A stretch of DNA of 64,000 nt from a bacterium (GCA_021781705.1 JAJXWI010000004.1:6010-70009), one strand, 5' to 3'; shown: positions 48,301-59,421, numbered from the stretch's first letter. The notes: a model not told the origin generated them from the letters alone. Program-made: numbers and translations.

Positions 48301-49437
48301 ATGCAAGTGCCTCTTCTGGACCTTAAGGCTCAATATAGACCGCTAAAACAAGAGATAATGAAAGCTGTCGATGAACTTTGTGATTCTCAATATTTTATAC
48401 TTGGGAAAAGAGTAGAAGATTTTGAGGTAAAAGTTGCTCAATACTGCGGATGTAAATATGCTGTTGGGGTTAGTTCTGGGTCTGATGCGCTCTTAATAGC
48501 TTTGATGGTTGAGGGGATTGGTGCAGGGGATGAGGTTATTACGACTCCCTTTTCTTTTTTTGCAACGGTCGGAGCAATTGCGAGAGTTGGAGCAACCCCA
48601 GTGTTTGTTGATATCAATGAAAATGATTTTAATATTAATCCTGACCTGATAGAAGCTAAGATTACAAAAAAAACAAAGGCTATTATTCCTGTTCATTTAT
48701 ACGGCCAGATGGCTGCAATGGACAAGATAATGGAAATAGCCAAGAAGCACAATCTGGTAGTTATAGAAGATGGCGCGCAGGCTATAGGTTCCGAATATCA
48801 GGGCAAAAGGGCAGGAAGTTTTGGTGATTATGGTTGTTTCTCTTTCTTCCCAAGCAAAAACCTTGGTGGTTTTGGCGACGGCGGAATCGTTACCACAAAC
48901 AGCCAGGAGCGGTATGAACTTCTGAAAATGTTCAGAAACCACGGTGCTAGTCCGGTTAATAAATATTTATATAAATACATTGGAGGGAATTTCAGACTTG
49001 ATGCTCTTCAAGCTGCAATTCTTGATATTAAGCTTAAATATCTTGACGGATGGAGCAAAGCAAGAGAGAACAATGCCGATGATTACCGTGAGTTATTTGA
49101 GGCTTCGAAAATTGGCGATAGAGCAGTTCTTCCCACACGTGTAAAAAATGCTACAAGGCATATTTATAATCAGTTCTGTGTTTTGTTTAAAAACGACCAG
49201 AGAGATAATGTGAAAGCTGGTCTTATGAAAGCAGAAGTGGGCGCTGATATTTATTATCCGCTTCCATTGCACTTACAGGAATGCTTCAGCTATCTTGGCG
49301 GCAAAAAAGGGGATTTTCCTGTAAGCGAAAAAGTGGCTAATCAGATATTGGCGCTGCCTATATATCCTGAAACCACGCATGAGCAGAGGGCTTATGTGGT
49401 TTCCTCAATCGAAAAGATTGTTTTAGGGCAAGGTTAA
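48301..49437 (+). CDS. DegT/DnrJ/EryC1/StrS aminotransferase
   Basis: PVHLYGQ, EDGAQA, SFFPSKNLG (PLP lysine), GGNFRLDALQAA. Confidence 0.95.
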   Translation: MQVPLLDLKAQYRPLKQEIMKAVDELCDSQYFILGKRVEDFEVKVAQYCGCKYAVGVSSGSDALLIALMVEGIGAGDEVITTPFSFFATVGAIARVGATPVFVDINENDFNINPDLIEAKITKKTKAIIPVHLYGQMAAMDKIMEIAKKHNLVVIEDGAQAIGSEYQGKRAGSFGDYGCFSFFPSKNLGGFGDGGIVTTNSQERYELLKMFRNHGASPVNKYLYKYIGGNFRLDALQAAILDIKLKYLDGWSKARENNADDYRELFEASKIGDRAVLPTRVKNATRHIYNQFCVLFKNDQRDNVKAGLMKAEVGADIYYPLPLHLQECFSYLGGKKGDFPVSEKVANQILALPIYPETTHEQRAYVVSSIEKIVLGQG

Positions 49438-49439
49438 TA

Positions 49440-51362
49440 ATGCGGATAGATAATATTAGACGGCAGTCTTACTATAGATTGCTGGGTTATGTTAAGCCAT
49501 ATACTTTAGTTTTGGCAATAGGAATATTTGCAGGCATACTGACCGGGGGATTTTTTGGAGCCAGCTTTTTCTGGATAAAAGGTTTTATACAGCCTTTTGA
49601 AAAATCCCAAACTGCGCTTGTTCAGCAGGGCCAGTCTATTACTAATAAGCCATTTGACAGCAAAGATATCATAAATAAAGCCGGCAATATGAAGGTAACG
49701 GATCAGATGGATTCCATACTCTCTTTTGCGGATAGCGTTGGAATAAAAACGCAGAATGCCCAGGGTAAGATGACACTTTTAGGCTTGTTGATATTTGTTG
49801 GGTCCTTTGTCATAGTTTGGTTTTTTAAAAATATTGCTGACTACATAAACAACTATTGCATGAGATGGGTTGGGACCAAAGTAGTGACAGACATGAGAAG
49901 TGAGGTTTTTAGTAAACTTCTCGATCAATCTTTGGTCTTTTATGGTAAGGCTGACGTTGGGCAGCTCATAAGCAGGTGCATTGAGGATACGGGGCAGATA
50001 CAGTCCGCAGTATCCAATAGTATCGCGGACTTGACTAGTTGTCCTTTTCAAGTGTTGAGTTGTGCGGGGTTTATAATTCTTGTCAGCGTTCAGACTCATA
50101 ACTTTTTTTTGCTGATTATAATGATTTTTGCCGGGTTGCTAGTATTGCTGCCCATTGTTATTGTGGGGAAAAAGGTCAGAACTGTTTACAAGCGGGCATT
50201 TCAGCGCATAGCTGAGGTTATGTCGAGAATGCACGAGGTATTTACTGGTATAATATTGGTGAAGGCATACCATACTGAAAAATATGAGTACAGCAACTTT
50301 CAGAAAGTTAATATTTCCTACTTTCGTTCTCTAGTAAAGGCGATGAGATCTGAGCTTTTAATGAGCCCATTTACTGAATTCCTCGGGGTCGCTGCCGTAG
50401 CTGTATTTTTTATGTACAGTTATCTTACGGGTATTCAATTGAGCGACATAGTTGTTCTTGTTGTTCCTGCGATGCTCGCGTACCAGCCATTAAGAAGCCT
50501 GGCGAAGGTTAATTCTAACATACAAAAGTGTATGGCTGCGGCTGACAGATATTTTGATCTGATAGACACGGACACTAAAATAGTTGAAATTGAAAATCCA
50601 AAGAGGGTTAGAGAATTCAAAGAAGCTGTTAGTTTCAATAATGTTGGTTTTGCGTATGGAGAAGGAAGAAATATTCTCAACGATATAAATTTTACTCTTG
50701 AAAAGGGCAAAGTGGTTGCAGTTGTGGGTGAAACAGGTTCAGGAAAAACTACCATAGCCAATCTTATTGCCAGATTTTATGATATTTCTTCCGGTTCTGT
50801 GACCATTGACGGTGTAGATATCAGAGAGTTAAAGATAAGCGATATAAGAGACCTTGTTGGTATAGTGACTCAAAATACCATTTTATTTAATGACACGATA
50901 GCCAGCAATATTGCCTACGGTAATCCAAGTACTCCAAGGGAAGAAATAATAAAGGCGGCAAAACAGGCCAATGCCCACGACTTTATTGTCGGTGGTAATC
51001 ATGCGGAAGGGTATGATACTGTGGTTGGAGAAAAGGGATTTAAGCTTAGCGGCGGGGAAAAGCAAAGAATAGCCATAGCGAGAGCTATTCTTAAAAATCC
51101 TCCGATTTTAATTTTAGATGAGGCCACGAGTGCCCTTGATACAGTAACAGAAAAACTTGTTCAAGATGCTTTGAATAATCTTATGCAAAGCAGAACAGTT
51201 TTTGCGATTGCGCATAGGCTGAGCACTATTAGGCATGCCGATATCATTCTTGTTATGGACAAAGGCATGATAGTTGAATCAGGGTCTCATGAGGAACTTC
51301 TAGCTAAGCCCGATGGAAGATATAAACATTTGTATGATATACAATTTTTAAAGAATGTGTAA
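49440..51362 (+). CDS. MsbA-like ABC exporter (permease plus ATPase)
   Basis: TM domain; GETGSGKT, LSGGEKQR, ILDEATSALD, AHRLST; lies beside skp and lpxD. Confidence 0.9.
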   Translation: MRIDNIRRQSYYRLLGYVKPYTLVLAIGIFAGILTGGFFGASFFWIKGFIQPFEKSQTALVQQGQSITNKPFDSKDIINKAGNMKVTDQMDSILSFADSVGIKTQNAQGKMTLLGLLIFVGSFVIVWFFKNIADYINNYCMRWVGTKVVTDMRSEVFSKLLDQSLVFYGKADVGQLISRCIEDTGQIQSAVSNSIADLTSCPFQVLSCAGFIILVSVQTHNFFLLIIMIFAGLLVLLPIVIVGKKVRTVYKRAFQRIAEVMSRMHEVFTGIILVKAYHTEKYEYSNFQKVNISYFRSLVKAMRSELLMSPFTEFLGVAAVAVFFMYSYLTGIQLSDIVVLVVPAMLAYQPLRSLAKVNSNIQKCMAAADRYFDLIDTDTKIVEIENPKRVREFKEAVSFNNVGFAYGEGRNILNDINFTLEKGKVVAVVGETGSGKTTIANLIARFYDISSGSVTIDGVDIRELKISDIRDLVGIVTQNTILFNDTIASNIAYGNPSTPREEIIKAAKQANAHDFIVGGNHAEGYDTVVGEKGFKLSGGEKQRIAIARAILKNPPILILDEATSALDTVTEKLVQDALNNLMQSRTVFAIAHRLSTIRHADIILVMDKGMIVESGSHEELLAKPDGRYKHLYDIQFLKNV

Positions 51363-51395
51363 TTCTAACTTTTTTGGAGGCAGTGTACAGAATCG

Positions 51396-51983
51396 ATGAA
51401 ATGTGTTGCAGGTTGTTTTATTGTTTTATTGTTTATAATAGGTTCAGCTGTTATTGCGGCAGATCAGAAAAGTACTGCGGCAGATCAGAAAATTTGTGTT
51501 ATAGATATGGAAAAGATATTTACCAACTACTATAAAACAAAGCTTGAAGATGCAAAAATAAAAAAACAGACGGAAGTTTTTAAGGATTACCTTAAAGTAA
51601 TGGGTGATGCGAGGGGAAAAGTTGAAGCAAGCTACATAGAACTTAGAGATTCATCTCAAAATATAGGGTTGAGTGATGTCGAACGCGAAAAAAAGAGAAT
51701 CGATGCTCAGGATAAATACAGGGAATTGCAGGCCAAAGATGTTGAAATTCAGCAATATAACCAACAGAAAAGGCAGTTTCTTGTTAATGAATATGAAAGA
51801 ATCAGAAAAGAATTGATAAAAGAGATTACAACAGTTATACAAAGCAGAGCAAAAAGAGAAGGATATACTTTTATATTTGATTATTCCGGAAACTCAATGA
51901 ACAATATTTCAACTGTTGTTTATTATGATCAGTCCAAGGATATTACTGATGCCGTGCTGAAAGAAGTGAATTTGGGAAATTAA
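51396..51983 (+). CDS. skp: OmpH/Skp periplasmic chaperone
   Basis: Signal peptide, KICVIDMEKIF, coiled coil, GYTFIFD, DITDAVL. Confidence 0.88.
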   Translation: MKCVAGCFIVLLFIIGSAVIAADQKSTAADQKICVIDMEKIFTNYYKTKLEDAKIKKQTEVFKDYLKVMGDARGKVEASYIELRDSSQNIGLSDVEREKKRIDAQDKYRELQAKDVEIQQYNQQKRQFLVNEYERIRKELIKEITTVIQSRAKREGYTFIFDYSGNSMNNISTVVYYDQSKDITDAVLKEVNLGN

Positions 51984-51997
51984 ATAAAGGAGTTTTT

Positions 51998-53038
51998 ATG
52001 AAAACAATAAGTGCCGGAGATCTTGCAAAAATACTGAATTCAGAAGTTATTGGCAATAGAGACGTACTTGTAGATGGAGTTAATTCTCTTTCAGAAGCAA
52101 CAGCTACAGAAGTCTCTTTTTTGGGAAATATGAGATATAAGAGTCAGTTGGAGTCTACCAAAGCTTCAGTAATAATAGTTTCTAAAGAAATGGGAACGAG
52201 TGTACCGGAAGGCAAGGCTTGGATTATTAGCGACTCTCCAAATATAGCTTTTTCAAAAGCAATCAATTTCTTTGCGCCTCCTTTGCCTGCTTATTTGCCG
52301 GGCATACACCCTGCCGCAGTTGTTTCAAAGAGCGCTAGAATTCCGGAAACTTGCCACATTGGCCCATGCGTGGTTATAGAGGATGGAGTTGAGCTTGGAG
52401 AAAATACAAAAATTCTAGCAGGGACATTTATAGGGGAAAATACTAAAATAGGTAAAGATTGTTTGCTGTACCAGAATATAGTTATCCGTGAAAGGGCGCA
52501 GATTGGAAACAGAGTAATAATTCATCCTAACACCTGTATAGGCGCAGATGGTTACGGATACGAAGCAGGTCCTTTCGGAATAGTAAAAATACCGCAAGTG
52601 GGCATAGTAAAAATAGATGATGACGTGGAAATAGGCGCAAATTGTGCAATAGACAGAGCTAGATTCGGGAAAACCTGGATTAAGATGGGGGTTAAAATGG
52701 ATAATATGGTTCATGTAGCCCATAATGTTACCGTAGGTGAGTTTTCTATGTTGATTGGGCAATGCGGAATCGCCGGAAGCGCAAAAATCGGACAAGGAGT
52801 TATTATCGCAGCTCAGGCAGGAATAACCCATCACATAACAATTGGGGATGGCGCAAAAATTGCCGGCAAATCTGGTGTTACTAAAGATGTTCCTCCAGGC
52901 GGTGTTTATGCAGGGACTCCGGCTGAACCTGTAAGAGAGTTTATGGAAAGACTGACGCTTCCGAAATCCGTAAGAAAGCTTAAAGATAAAATCAAGGCTC
53001 TCGAAGATTCTGTTAAATCGCTAGAAAATAATGGCTGA
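51998..53038 (+). CDS. lpxD: UDP-3-O-acyl-glucosamine N-acyltransferase
   Basis: Hexapeptide repeats, IGADGYGY, KIPQVG, IDRA, DNMVHVAHN. Confidence 0.95.
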   Translation: MKTISAGDLAKILNSEVIGNRDVLVDGVNSLSEATATEVSFLGNMRYKSQLESTKASVIIVSKEMGTSVPEGKAWIISDSPNIAFSKAINFFAPPLPAYLPGIHPAAVVSKSARIPETCHIGPCVVIEDGVELGENTKILAGTFIGENTKIGKDCLLYQNIVIRERAQIGNRVIIHPNTCIGADGYGYEAGPFGIVKIPQVGIVKIDDDVEIGANCAIDRARFGKTWIKMGVKMDNMVHVAHNVTVGEFSMLIGQCGIAGSAKIGQGVIIAAQAGITHHITIGDGAKIAGKSGVTKDVPPGGVYAGTPAEPVREFMERLTLPKSVRKLKDKIKALEDSVKSLENNG

Positions 53039-53075
53039 AGTTGAGACGTAGACGAACCACAAACCACGAACTAAT

Positions 53076-54896
53076 ATGGGACGGATCAATATACTTTCGG
53101 AAAATGTTTTTAACACAATAGCCGCGGGAGAAGTTATAGAACGGCCTGCTTCTGTTATAAAAGAACTTGTTGAGAATTCCATAGATGCAGGGGCCTCTTC
53201 TATAAAAATCGGAATAGAGAAGTCGGGGATAAAAACAATTTCCGTGCTTGATAATGGTTCGGGAATGGACAATGAAGACGCTTTGCTCTGTTTTGAACCT
53301 CATGCTACCAGTAAGATTAAAAATGAAGAAGATATATTTAATATCAGGACAATGGGATTTAGGGGGGAGGCTTTGCCTAGCGTTGCCGCGGTTTCAAAAG
53401 TACGGCTTCGCACAAGGCTGCAGAGTGCCTTGGAAGGTAGAGAGATTGTAATTAATGGTGGAAAGTTTGTGGCAGAACGGCCTGCCGGGTGCGCCCCAGG
53501 AACTGAAATAATAATCTCCGACCTGTTTTATAATGTTCCTGCCAGGAAGAAATTCTTAAAAGGTGAAATTACCGAAGAGAAGCATATACACGAAGTAGTT
53601 ACTCTTCTTACATTAGCTCACCATGAAATATCATTTGAATTTAAAGCAGATGGCAAAGTGATATTTTCTTCTCCTAGTGCAAATAATTTAGCGCCGAGAT
53701 TGGCTTTGTTGTTGGGTAAAGAAGTTGCAGAGAATTTAGTTTTTATTGATGGTAAAAACTTTAATGTTGCTGTTTCAGGATACGTTTCAAAGCCAGGCAT
53801 GGTAAGAAATACCAGAAGGGATCAGAGGTTTTTTGTAAACCGACGCCCAGTCAGATCTCAGCTCTTGTATTCTGCGATAAAAGAAGCATATAACGCTTTG
53901 ATAATGGGGAATGTTTTTCCTATAGTCACTTTGTTTGTTGATATTGATCCTTCCGATATTGACGTGAACGTGCATCCGGCAAAACATGAAATAAGATTTA
54001 GAAAAGAAAAAATAGTTGTGGAAACCGTTGTTGAAGCTATTAAAAAAGCTCTCTGTGAATCTATAAAATCCATTCCTTCAGTAAATGCCACAAAAGTGCC
54101 CTTCAATGCTTTTATGTCGTCGGCAAAAGTAGAATATGAAGTGAATTCCAATAAACCGATAAATGCTGAATTTTTCTCAGAAGCGATTGCTGGGGCACCC
54201 AAAAATTATCTGCAGACCTCATTTGTAAAGAATTTGGAACACGAGGAGTCCAATTCTGAAAGAGAGTCAGTTACAAATAATGAAATTACTGTTAAAGATT
54301 TAGATAAACTTTCCTTGCCGGGCTGTGGATACATTGAAGTTGTTGGAATTCTCGACAAAACCTACATAGTCGGGCTATCTGATGTCGGTTTGATAATAAT
54401 TGACCAGCACGCGGCTCACGAGAGAGTAATTTTTGAAAAACTGCTAAAAGACCACACAACGCTGAACTTATCCCAAGAACTCTTGATTCCGATTACAGTA
54501 GAACTTTCAAAGAGTGAAATTAATTTTCTTAAAAAATATATAGAACTGTTCAGAAAAATTGGCTTTGGGCTTGAGTTCTTTGGTAACGGAACTTTGCTTG
54601 TAACAGCTATTCCAAAAGCTATTGAAATGAACAATGTGTCAGGGATGATTTCCGATTTATTGAATGCTTTGATAGAAGATAAAGAATCCTTAAAGAAAGT
54701 TGATGAAGAAGCAATAGCCAGATGTTCATGCAAGATTGCAGTAAAGGCTAATGACAAACTTACTCTTCTTGAATCAAGAAAATTGATCTCGGACCTTTCT
54801 AAGTGCGATCTGCCTTTCTCCTGTCCCCACGGCCGGCCTACCGTAATAAATGTTTCTAGAACAGAGCTCGAAAAGCGCTTTGGTAGAGTTTTGTAA
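53076..54896 (+). CDS. mutL: DNA mismatch repair endonuclease MutL
   Basis: IAAGEVIERP, GFRGEAL, DQHAAHER, SCK, CPHGRP. Confidence 0.97.
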   Translation: MGRINILSENVFNTIAAGEVIERPASVIKELVENSIDAGASSIKIGIEKSGIKTISVLDNGSGMDNEDALLCFEPHATSKIKNEEDIFNIRTMGFRGEALPSVAAVSKVRLRTRLQSALEGREIVINGGKFVAERPAGCAPGTEIIISDLFYNVPARKKFLKGEITEEKHIHEVVTLLTLAHHEISFEFKADGKVIFSSPSANNLAPRLALLLGKEVAENLVFIDGKNFNVAVSGYVSKPGMVRNTRRDQRFFVNRRPVRSQLLYSAIKEAYNALIMGNVFPIVTLFVDIDPSDIDVNVHPAKHEIRFRKEKIVVETVVEAIKKALCESIKSIPSVNATKVPFNAFMSSAKVEYEVNSNKPINAEFFSEAIAGAPKNYLQTSFVKNLEHEESNSERESVTNNEITVKDLDKLSLPGCGYIEVVGILDKTYIVGLSDVGLIIIDQHAAHERVIFEKLLKDHTTLNLSQELLIPITVELSKSEINFLKKYIELFRKIGFGLEFFGNGTLLVTAIPKAIEMNNVSGMISDLLNALIEDKESLKKVDEEAIARCSCKIAVKANDKLTLLESRKLISDLSKCDLPFSCPHGRPTVINVSRTELEKRFGRVL

Positions 54897-54999
54897 ATAG
54901 TTGTACTTTTTGCCTTCACTTTTTTGTTCCTTTCTTTTGGATGTTATTTTTTGTTCTAACTTAATAGAATCCAAATGATTGGACCAATCCCTAATTTTT

Positions 55000-55128
55000 C
55001 TATTTAGAACTTTTGGGTTTTATGTATGATTTTGAAAAATCAAACCCTTCAGCCTTTACGAGTTCCATTCTCTTTTTGGCATCTTTACACTCAAGAACTT
55101 TCTTTCTGAATTCCTCATCGGTTTTCAT
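55000..55128 (-). pseudogene. Nif11-like leader peptide fragment
   Basis: MKTDEEFRKKV.......RMELVKAEGFDFS resembles Nif11 leaders; lacks the N-terminal helix and the ELxxVAGG/core. Confidence 0.55.
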
Positions 55129-55226
55129 CCTTAAACCATTCGGCTCAAATCTTGTTTTTTTATTGTAGGCACTTATAATCCTAATCATTAGGAATTATTT
55201 CTTTAGGCATAAAAAATAGGAAATTT

Positions 55227-56120
55227 ATGAAGGTAGACTTTGAAAAAATTTTCACCGAAATGCAAGATGGGTTATATGTCACAGATACAAACAGAAAAAT
55301 CATTTATTGGAATAAGGGGGCGGAAGAAATTACTGGATTTGAAGGAAATGAGGTAGTAAATTCCCACTGCTATGACAACATTCTTGTACACATCGACGAT
55401 AAAGGAGTAAGCCTGTGCAAAGAAGGCTGTCCGCTTGCTGCTTCTATAGCTGACGGGCAGCATCGTTCCGCCGAAGTGTACCTCCAGCACAAAGATAAGC
55501 ACAGAAAGCCTGTTCGTGTAAAAACTATTCCCATGAGAGACGAAAAAGGCGAGATTGTAGGATGTGCTGAATTGTTTACTGATTTATCCAACGAGAAAGC
55601 ATACCTTTTGAGAGTAAAAGAACTTGAAAGCATTGTTTTTTTGGATACGCTTACCGGTCTTTTTAACCGACGATATGTCGAGCATTTTATTGAAACTAAA
55701 TTGTCAGAAAAAGAAAGAATTGGAATTGATTTTGGAGTTCTTTTTATAGATATAGATAAATTTAAAAATTTTAATGATACGTATGGGCATAATTTAGGGG
55801 ATCTTGCTCTAAAAACAGTAGCGAAGACTCTAAATGCCAATATGAGATCGTATGATATTTGCGGAAGATGGGGAGGAGAAGAATTTGTCGTTGTTGTGTG
55901 CTACACAAATATTACAGAACTCAATGTAATTGCAGAAAGAATCAGAATTCTCATACGTACCAGTTATCTTGATTTTGATAATAAACCTCTGAATATTACA
56001 GCATCTATTGGCTGCTGTTTGGTAGATGCTCATGATAATGCCGCCAGCATAATAGCCAGAGCGGATTCTCTGATGTACGAAAGCAAAAAAGCGGGGCGAG
56101 ATCGCGTCACTATCAGATAA
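55227..56120 (+). CDS. PAS-GGDEF diguanylate cyclase
   Basis: YWNKGAEEITG PAS with C..CPL; DIDKFK; RSYD I-site; WGGEEF. Confidence 0.92.
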   Translation: MKVDFEKIFTEMQDGLYVTDTNRKIIYWNKGAEEITGFEGNEVVNSHCYDNILVHIDDKGVSLCKEGCPLAASIADGQHRSAEVYLQHKDKHRKPVRVKTIPMRDEKGEIVGCAELFTDLSNEKAYLLRVKELESIVFLDTLTGLFNRRYVEHFIETKLSEKERIGIDFGVLFIDIDKFKNFNDTYGHNLGDLALKTVAKTLNANMRSYDICGRWGGEEFVVVVCYTNITELNVIAERIRILIRTSYLDFDNKPLNITASIGCCLVDAHDNAASIIARADSLMYESKKAGRDRVTIR

Positions 56121-56175
56121 GCCTGTCTAAATTTTTCAAAAATAATGTGCTATATTCTAGCAGATTTTGATGTTT

Positions 56176-56934
56176 TTAAGGAATATAATAGAATGGGTTT
56201 GGATATTTAAATCCCTTGTCGTAAAAACCACCTTGAAAATCGCTGTATTGGTCTCCAATATTTAAAATTATTCTGTACCCATCTTTTATAATTTTCTCGC
56301 GTTCCTTTATTTTGAAATCAGCAATAAATGCCGGCCTTACATCGTTTGGCCTCATAATAAGTTTTGTCCAATTTTCATATCCGGTTCGTTTTAGGTTAGC
56401 TGTTGTCGACTCTCTATATTCTTCTCTTCTTCCTGTAAGAAATATTACAGAGACCCCTTGCTTTTGTGCCTGGATAACTAATTTAAGAGTTGGCTGTATG
56501 GCCGGTTCTCTTCCTGATCGTATAAACTGGTCGTACTTAACGGCGTCATGCGAGAAGTCCATTTCTTCTGCTAACTGGTATGATGATAGCGCAACTTCAT
56601 CTATATCCAAAACTATTGCAAGTTTACCAGGCATGTTTTTACTGCTTTTTAAGCATTCGAGAGCCGCGTCGCCCACCTGATTGATAGTTTTATCATATCC
56701 TCCAGAATAATAATAGGCCTTAAGTTCCTGCTTCAGCAGACCAATATTTTGAGGAGTCTTGTATCCCGATACATACGGAGTTTCATTTTCTGGAATAGAA
56801 ATAGCCGCAGCTTCATCCTTGTTAGTGAACGAAGCACATCCTGATAGAAAGTATATTGCTGTTCCGCATATTACGTAAGAACAAGCAATTTTTAGATATT
56901 TTATTTTTTGCATAACTTTATTTCCTTTCATCAA
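56176..56934 (-). CDS. HAD class B acid phosphatase lipoprotein
   Basis: Lipobox LSGC; LDIDE, FLTGR, NIGDQYSD, PNPFY. Confidence 0.88.
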   Translation of the reverse strand: MMKGNKVMQKIKYLKIACSYVICGTAIYFLSGCASFTNKDEAAAISIPENETPYVSGYKTPQNIGLLKQELKAYYYSGGYDKTINQVGDAALECLKSSKNMPGKLAIVLDIDEVALSSYQLAEEMDFSHDAVKYDQFIRSGREPAIQPTLKLVIQAQKQGVSVIFLTGRREEYRESTTANLKRTGYENWTKLIMRPNDVRPAFIADFKIKEREKIIKDGYRIILNIGDQYSDFQGGFYDKGFKYPNPFYYIP

Positions 56935-59196
56935 TTAACTGCATTTGCTATAATCGCAGGAAAGACATTTTAAGCAGTTTTCCTGGTTTATTAACGTTTT
57001 TTCACTGCACATAGGACATATCATAGCATCCACTGTTATGGCCGAGCTTGTATCCTTTTTACCTTTGAGAATTGCCTTGGTTTCCATGAGCCCTATCTTG
57101 TTAAGGTGTTCTTCTATGGCCCTGCCTATGTCTGCTGCCAATGACGGAATGTATTTACCATCGCTGAAATATCCGCCGTTAGGGTCATAAATACTTTTTA
57201 ACTCCTTGACTAGAAATGATGGGTTGGATTGATTTCTAAATACTGCCGATATAAGCCTTGTCATAGCAACTATCCAGCTGAAATGCTGCAAATTCTTGGT
57301 ATTTATGAAAAGTTCATAAGGTCTTACTGTGCCATCTTTTTCAATAATGTCATTTATTGTTACATATAATGCTTCAGATGAAAGCGGTGTCTTTATTTTA
57401 TAGGTGGTTCCGGCAAGAGCTTTTGGCCTGTTGACGGTTTCTAATGTCTTCTTTGGCTTTTCTTTTTCATCTTCTTTTTTTATCAGAATGCCTGTTATAT
57501 ATTTTGACGGCCTGAAGGTTGTGCACCCTTTTAGCCCTTTTTTATATGCCTGCATGTATATGTCTTTGAATTTTTCAAAGGGATAGTCGACAGGGATATT
57601 TATTGTTTTTGATATTGAACTGTCCACATATTTTTGCAGTATTCCCTGTATTTCGAGATGCTGCAAAGGCGCTATGTCTCCGGCTGAAACAAAATATTCA
57701 GGAAGTTCCTTGTCGTCAATGACTTCTAACCCTTTGAGCTTTAAATATTCTCTGTACGCATAGTCATTTACTTCTACTTCAGAAACATCCTTTTCTGTCG
57801 AGTTTCTGAACTTTCGCTTGTAGTGGAATGCGAAAACCGGCTCTAATCCGCTGGAAACATTCCCTGCAAGCAAGCTTATAGTACCGGTTGGCGCAATAGA
57901 AGTAAGATGTGAATTTCTTATGCCATAGGCCTTAATATCTTCCCGTATCCCTTCAGGTAACGATCTAATAAAATGGCCTTGAGGATATTTTTCTGCGTCG
58001 AAGAGCGGAAATGCACCTTTTTCCTTTGCTATATCAATGCTTGATTCATAGGCTGAATAGGTAATAGTCTGCATTATTTTTTCCGCAATTTTTAGCGATT
58101 CGTTTGAGCCATATTTTACCTTCATGCACAGGAGTAGGTCAGCTAATCCTGTTATTCCTATACCTATTCTCCTTTTTGATAAAGCTTCTTTCTTCTGTTG
58201 CGGCAGGGGATAATTACTGATGTCAATTACGTTGTCAAGCATTCTTACGGCAATTTTTGTCGTCTTTGCTATTTCGGTGTACTGTACATCTGCATTGCTC
58301 TTGAATGCGTTTTTAACGAATTTTGTCAGGTTGATTGACCCGAGCAAGCATGCTCCGAAAGATGGAAGAGGTTGTTCTCCGCACGGATTTGTGGCTCTGA
58401 TTTGCTCGCAGTAATAGAGATTGTTGAATTTATTGATTTTATCAATAAGGATGAACCCTGGTTCCGCAAAATCATAAGTTGATTTCATTATCAAATCCCA
58501 GAGTTCTACGGCCTTAACTGTTTTATAAACCTTTCCGTTAAATACAAGTTCCCATTTTTCATTGTTCTCTACGGCATTTACGAATTTTTCCGTTATGGCA
58601 ACGGATAGATTAAACATTCTAAGTTTCGTGCTGTCCTGTTTCGCAGTTATGAATTCTTCTATATCGGGATGATCGCATCTCATTACTCCCATTTGTGCGC
58701 CGCGTCTTTGCCCTGCACTCATTATCGTTTTGCACGTGGCGTCAATTACCTGCATAAAGCTTATCGGACCTGAAGCCATAGCCCCACATCCTTTAATTGA
58801 ATTGCCGGCCGGTCTTATCGTTGAAAAGTCAAAGCCAACGCCTCCGCCCTGTTTCTGTGTAAGCGCGGCATTTTTTACTGTATCAAATATCCCGTCAATT
58901 GAGTCTTCAATATCGTTCATCACATAGCAGTTGAACATTGTTACGCTATCCATTTGAGTGCCAGCGTTTGCTATGATTCTTCCGGCTGGAAGAAATTTAA
59001 AATCAGTCAGAATTTCGTAAAATTTTTCTTCCCATGCTTGAGGCTCTTTTTCATTCTTTGCCAATGCGGAGGCGATTCTTTTCCATGAATCTTCGTAGCA
59101 AGAATCAGCTTTGCAATATCCATTACCCTTGAATTGATACTTTTTCTCCCATATTTCTTTTCCAATGTCGATGATATTTGCCATAGATTTTGTCAT
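56935..59196 (-). CDS. nrdJ: class II (B12-dependent) ribonucleotide reductase
   Basis: FNCYV, RRGAQMG, ATNPCGEQPL, SIAPTGTIS, SISKTIN; C-terminal zinc ribbon; no beta subunit adjacent. Confidence 0.93.
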   Translation of the reverse strand: MTKSMANIIDIGKEIWEKKYQFKGNGYCKADSCYEDSWKRIASALAKNEKEPQAWEEKFYEILTDFKFLPAGRIIANAGTQMDSVTMFNCYVMNDIEDSIDGIFDTVKNAALTQKQGGGVGFDFSTIRPAGNSIKGCGAMASGPISFMQVIDATCKTIMSAGQRRGAQMGVMRCDHPDIEEFITAKQDSTKLRMFNLSVAITEKFVNAVENNEKWELVFNGKVYKTVKAVELWDLIMKSTYDFAEPGFILIDKINKFNNLYYCEQIRATNPCGEQPLPSFGACLLGSINLTKFVKNAFKSNADVQYTEIAKTTKIAVRMLDNVIDISNYPLPQQKKEALSKRRIGIGITGLADLLLCMKVKYGSNESLKIAEKIMQTITYSAYESSIDIAKEKGAFPLFDAEKYPQGHFIRSLPEGIREDIKAYGIRNSHLTSIAPTGTISLLAGNVSSGLEPVFAFHYKRKFRNSTEKDVSEVEVNDYAYREYLKLKGLEVIDDKELPEYFVSAGDIAPLQHLEIQGILQKYVDSSISKTINIPVDYPFEKFKDIYMQAYKKGLKGCTTFRPSKYITGILIKKEDEKEKPKKTLETVNRPKALAGTTYKIKTPLSSEALYVTINDIIEKDGTVRPYELFINTKNLQHFSWIVAMTRLISAVFRNQSNPSFLVKELKSIYDPNGGYFSDGKYIPSLAADIGRAIEEHLNKIGLMETKAILKGKKDTSSAITVDAMICPMCSEKTLINQENCLKCLSCDYSKCS

Positions 59197-59421
59197 TTTA
59201 AATCCCTATAACGCTTTTTGAAAATTGTTTTAAAAATGCCATCAGCATTCTATTGCTAATATACGGGTGATTCAACAGTTATTTGTAAAAAAAATCTTAT
59301 AATCTTTGACTAAGTTCAATACTGTTTTTTCTTACTGTAGATTATCTCTGGCTAGTCAGATATAATCTGTTTTAAAACAAGGAATATTTCAGGTTACATT
59401 AATAAAACAAACAGGATTTTT

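Noticed and set aside
51455-51492. 17-bp direct repeat in skp (AADQK twice)
   Set aside because: Simple in-frame 21-nt duplication after the signal peptide; no further units
59197-59421. Cobalamin riboswitch upstream of nrdJ
   Set aside because: No B12-box or GGGAA core visible; region is AT-rich and appears unstructured
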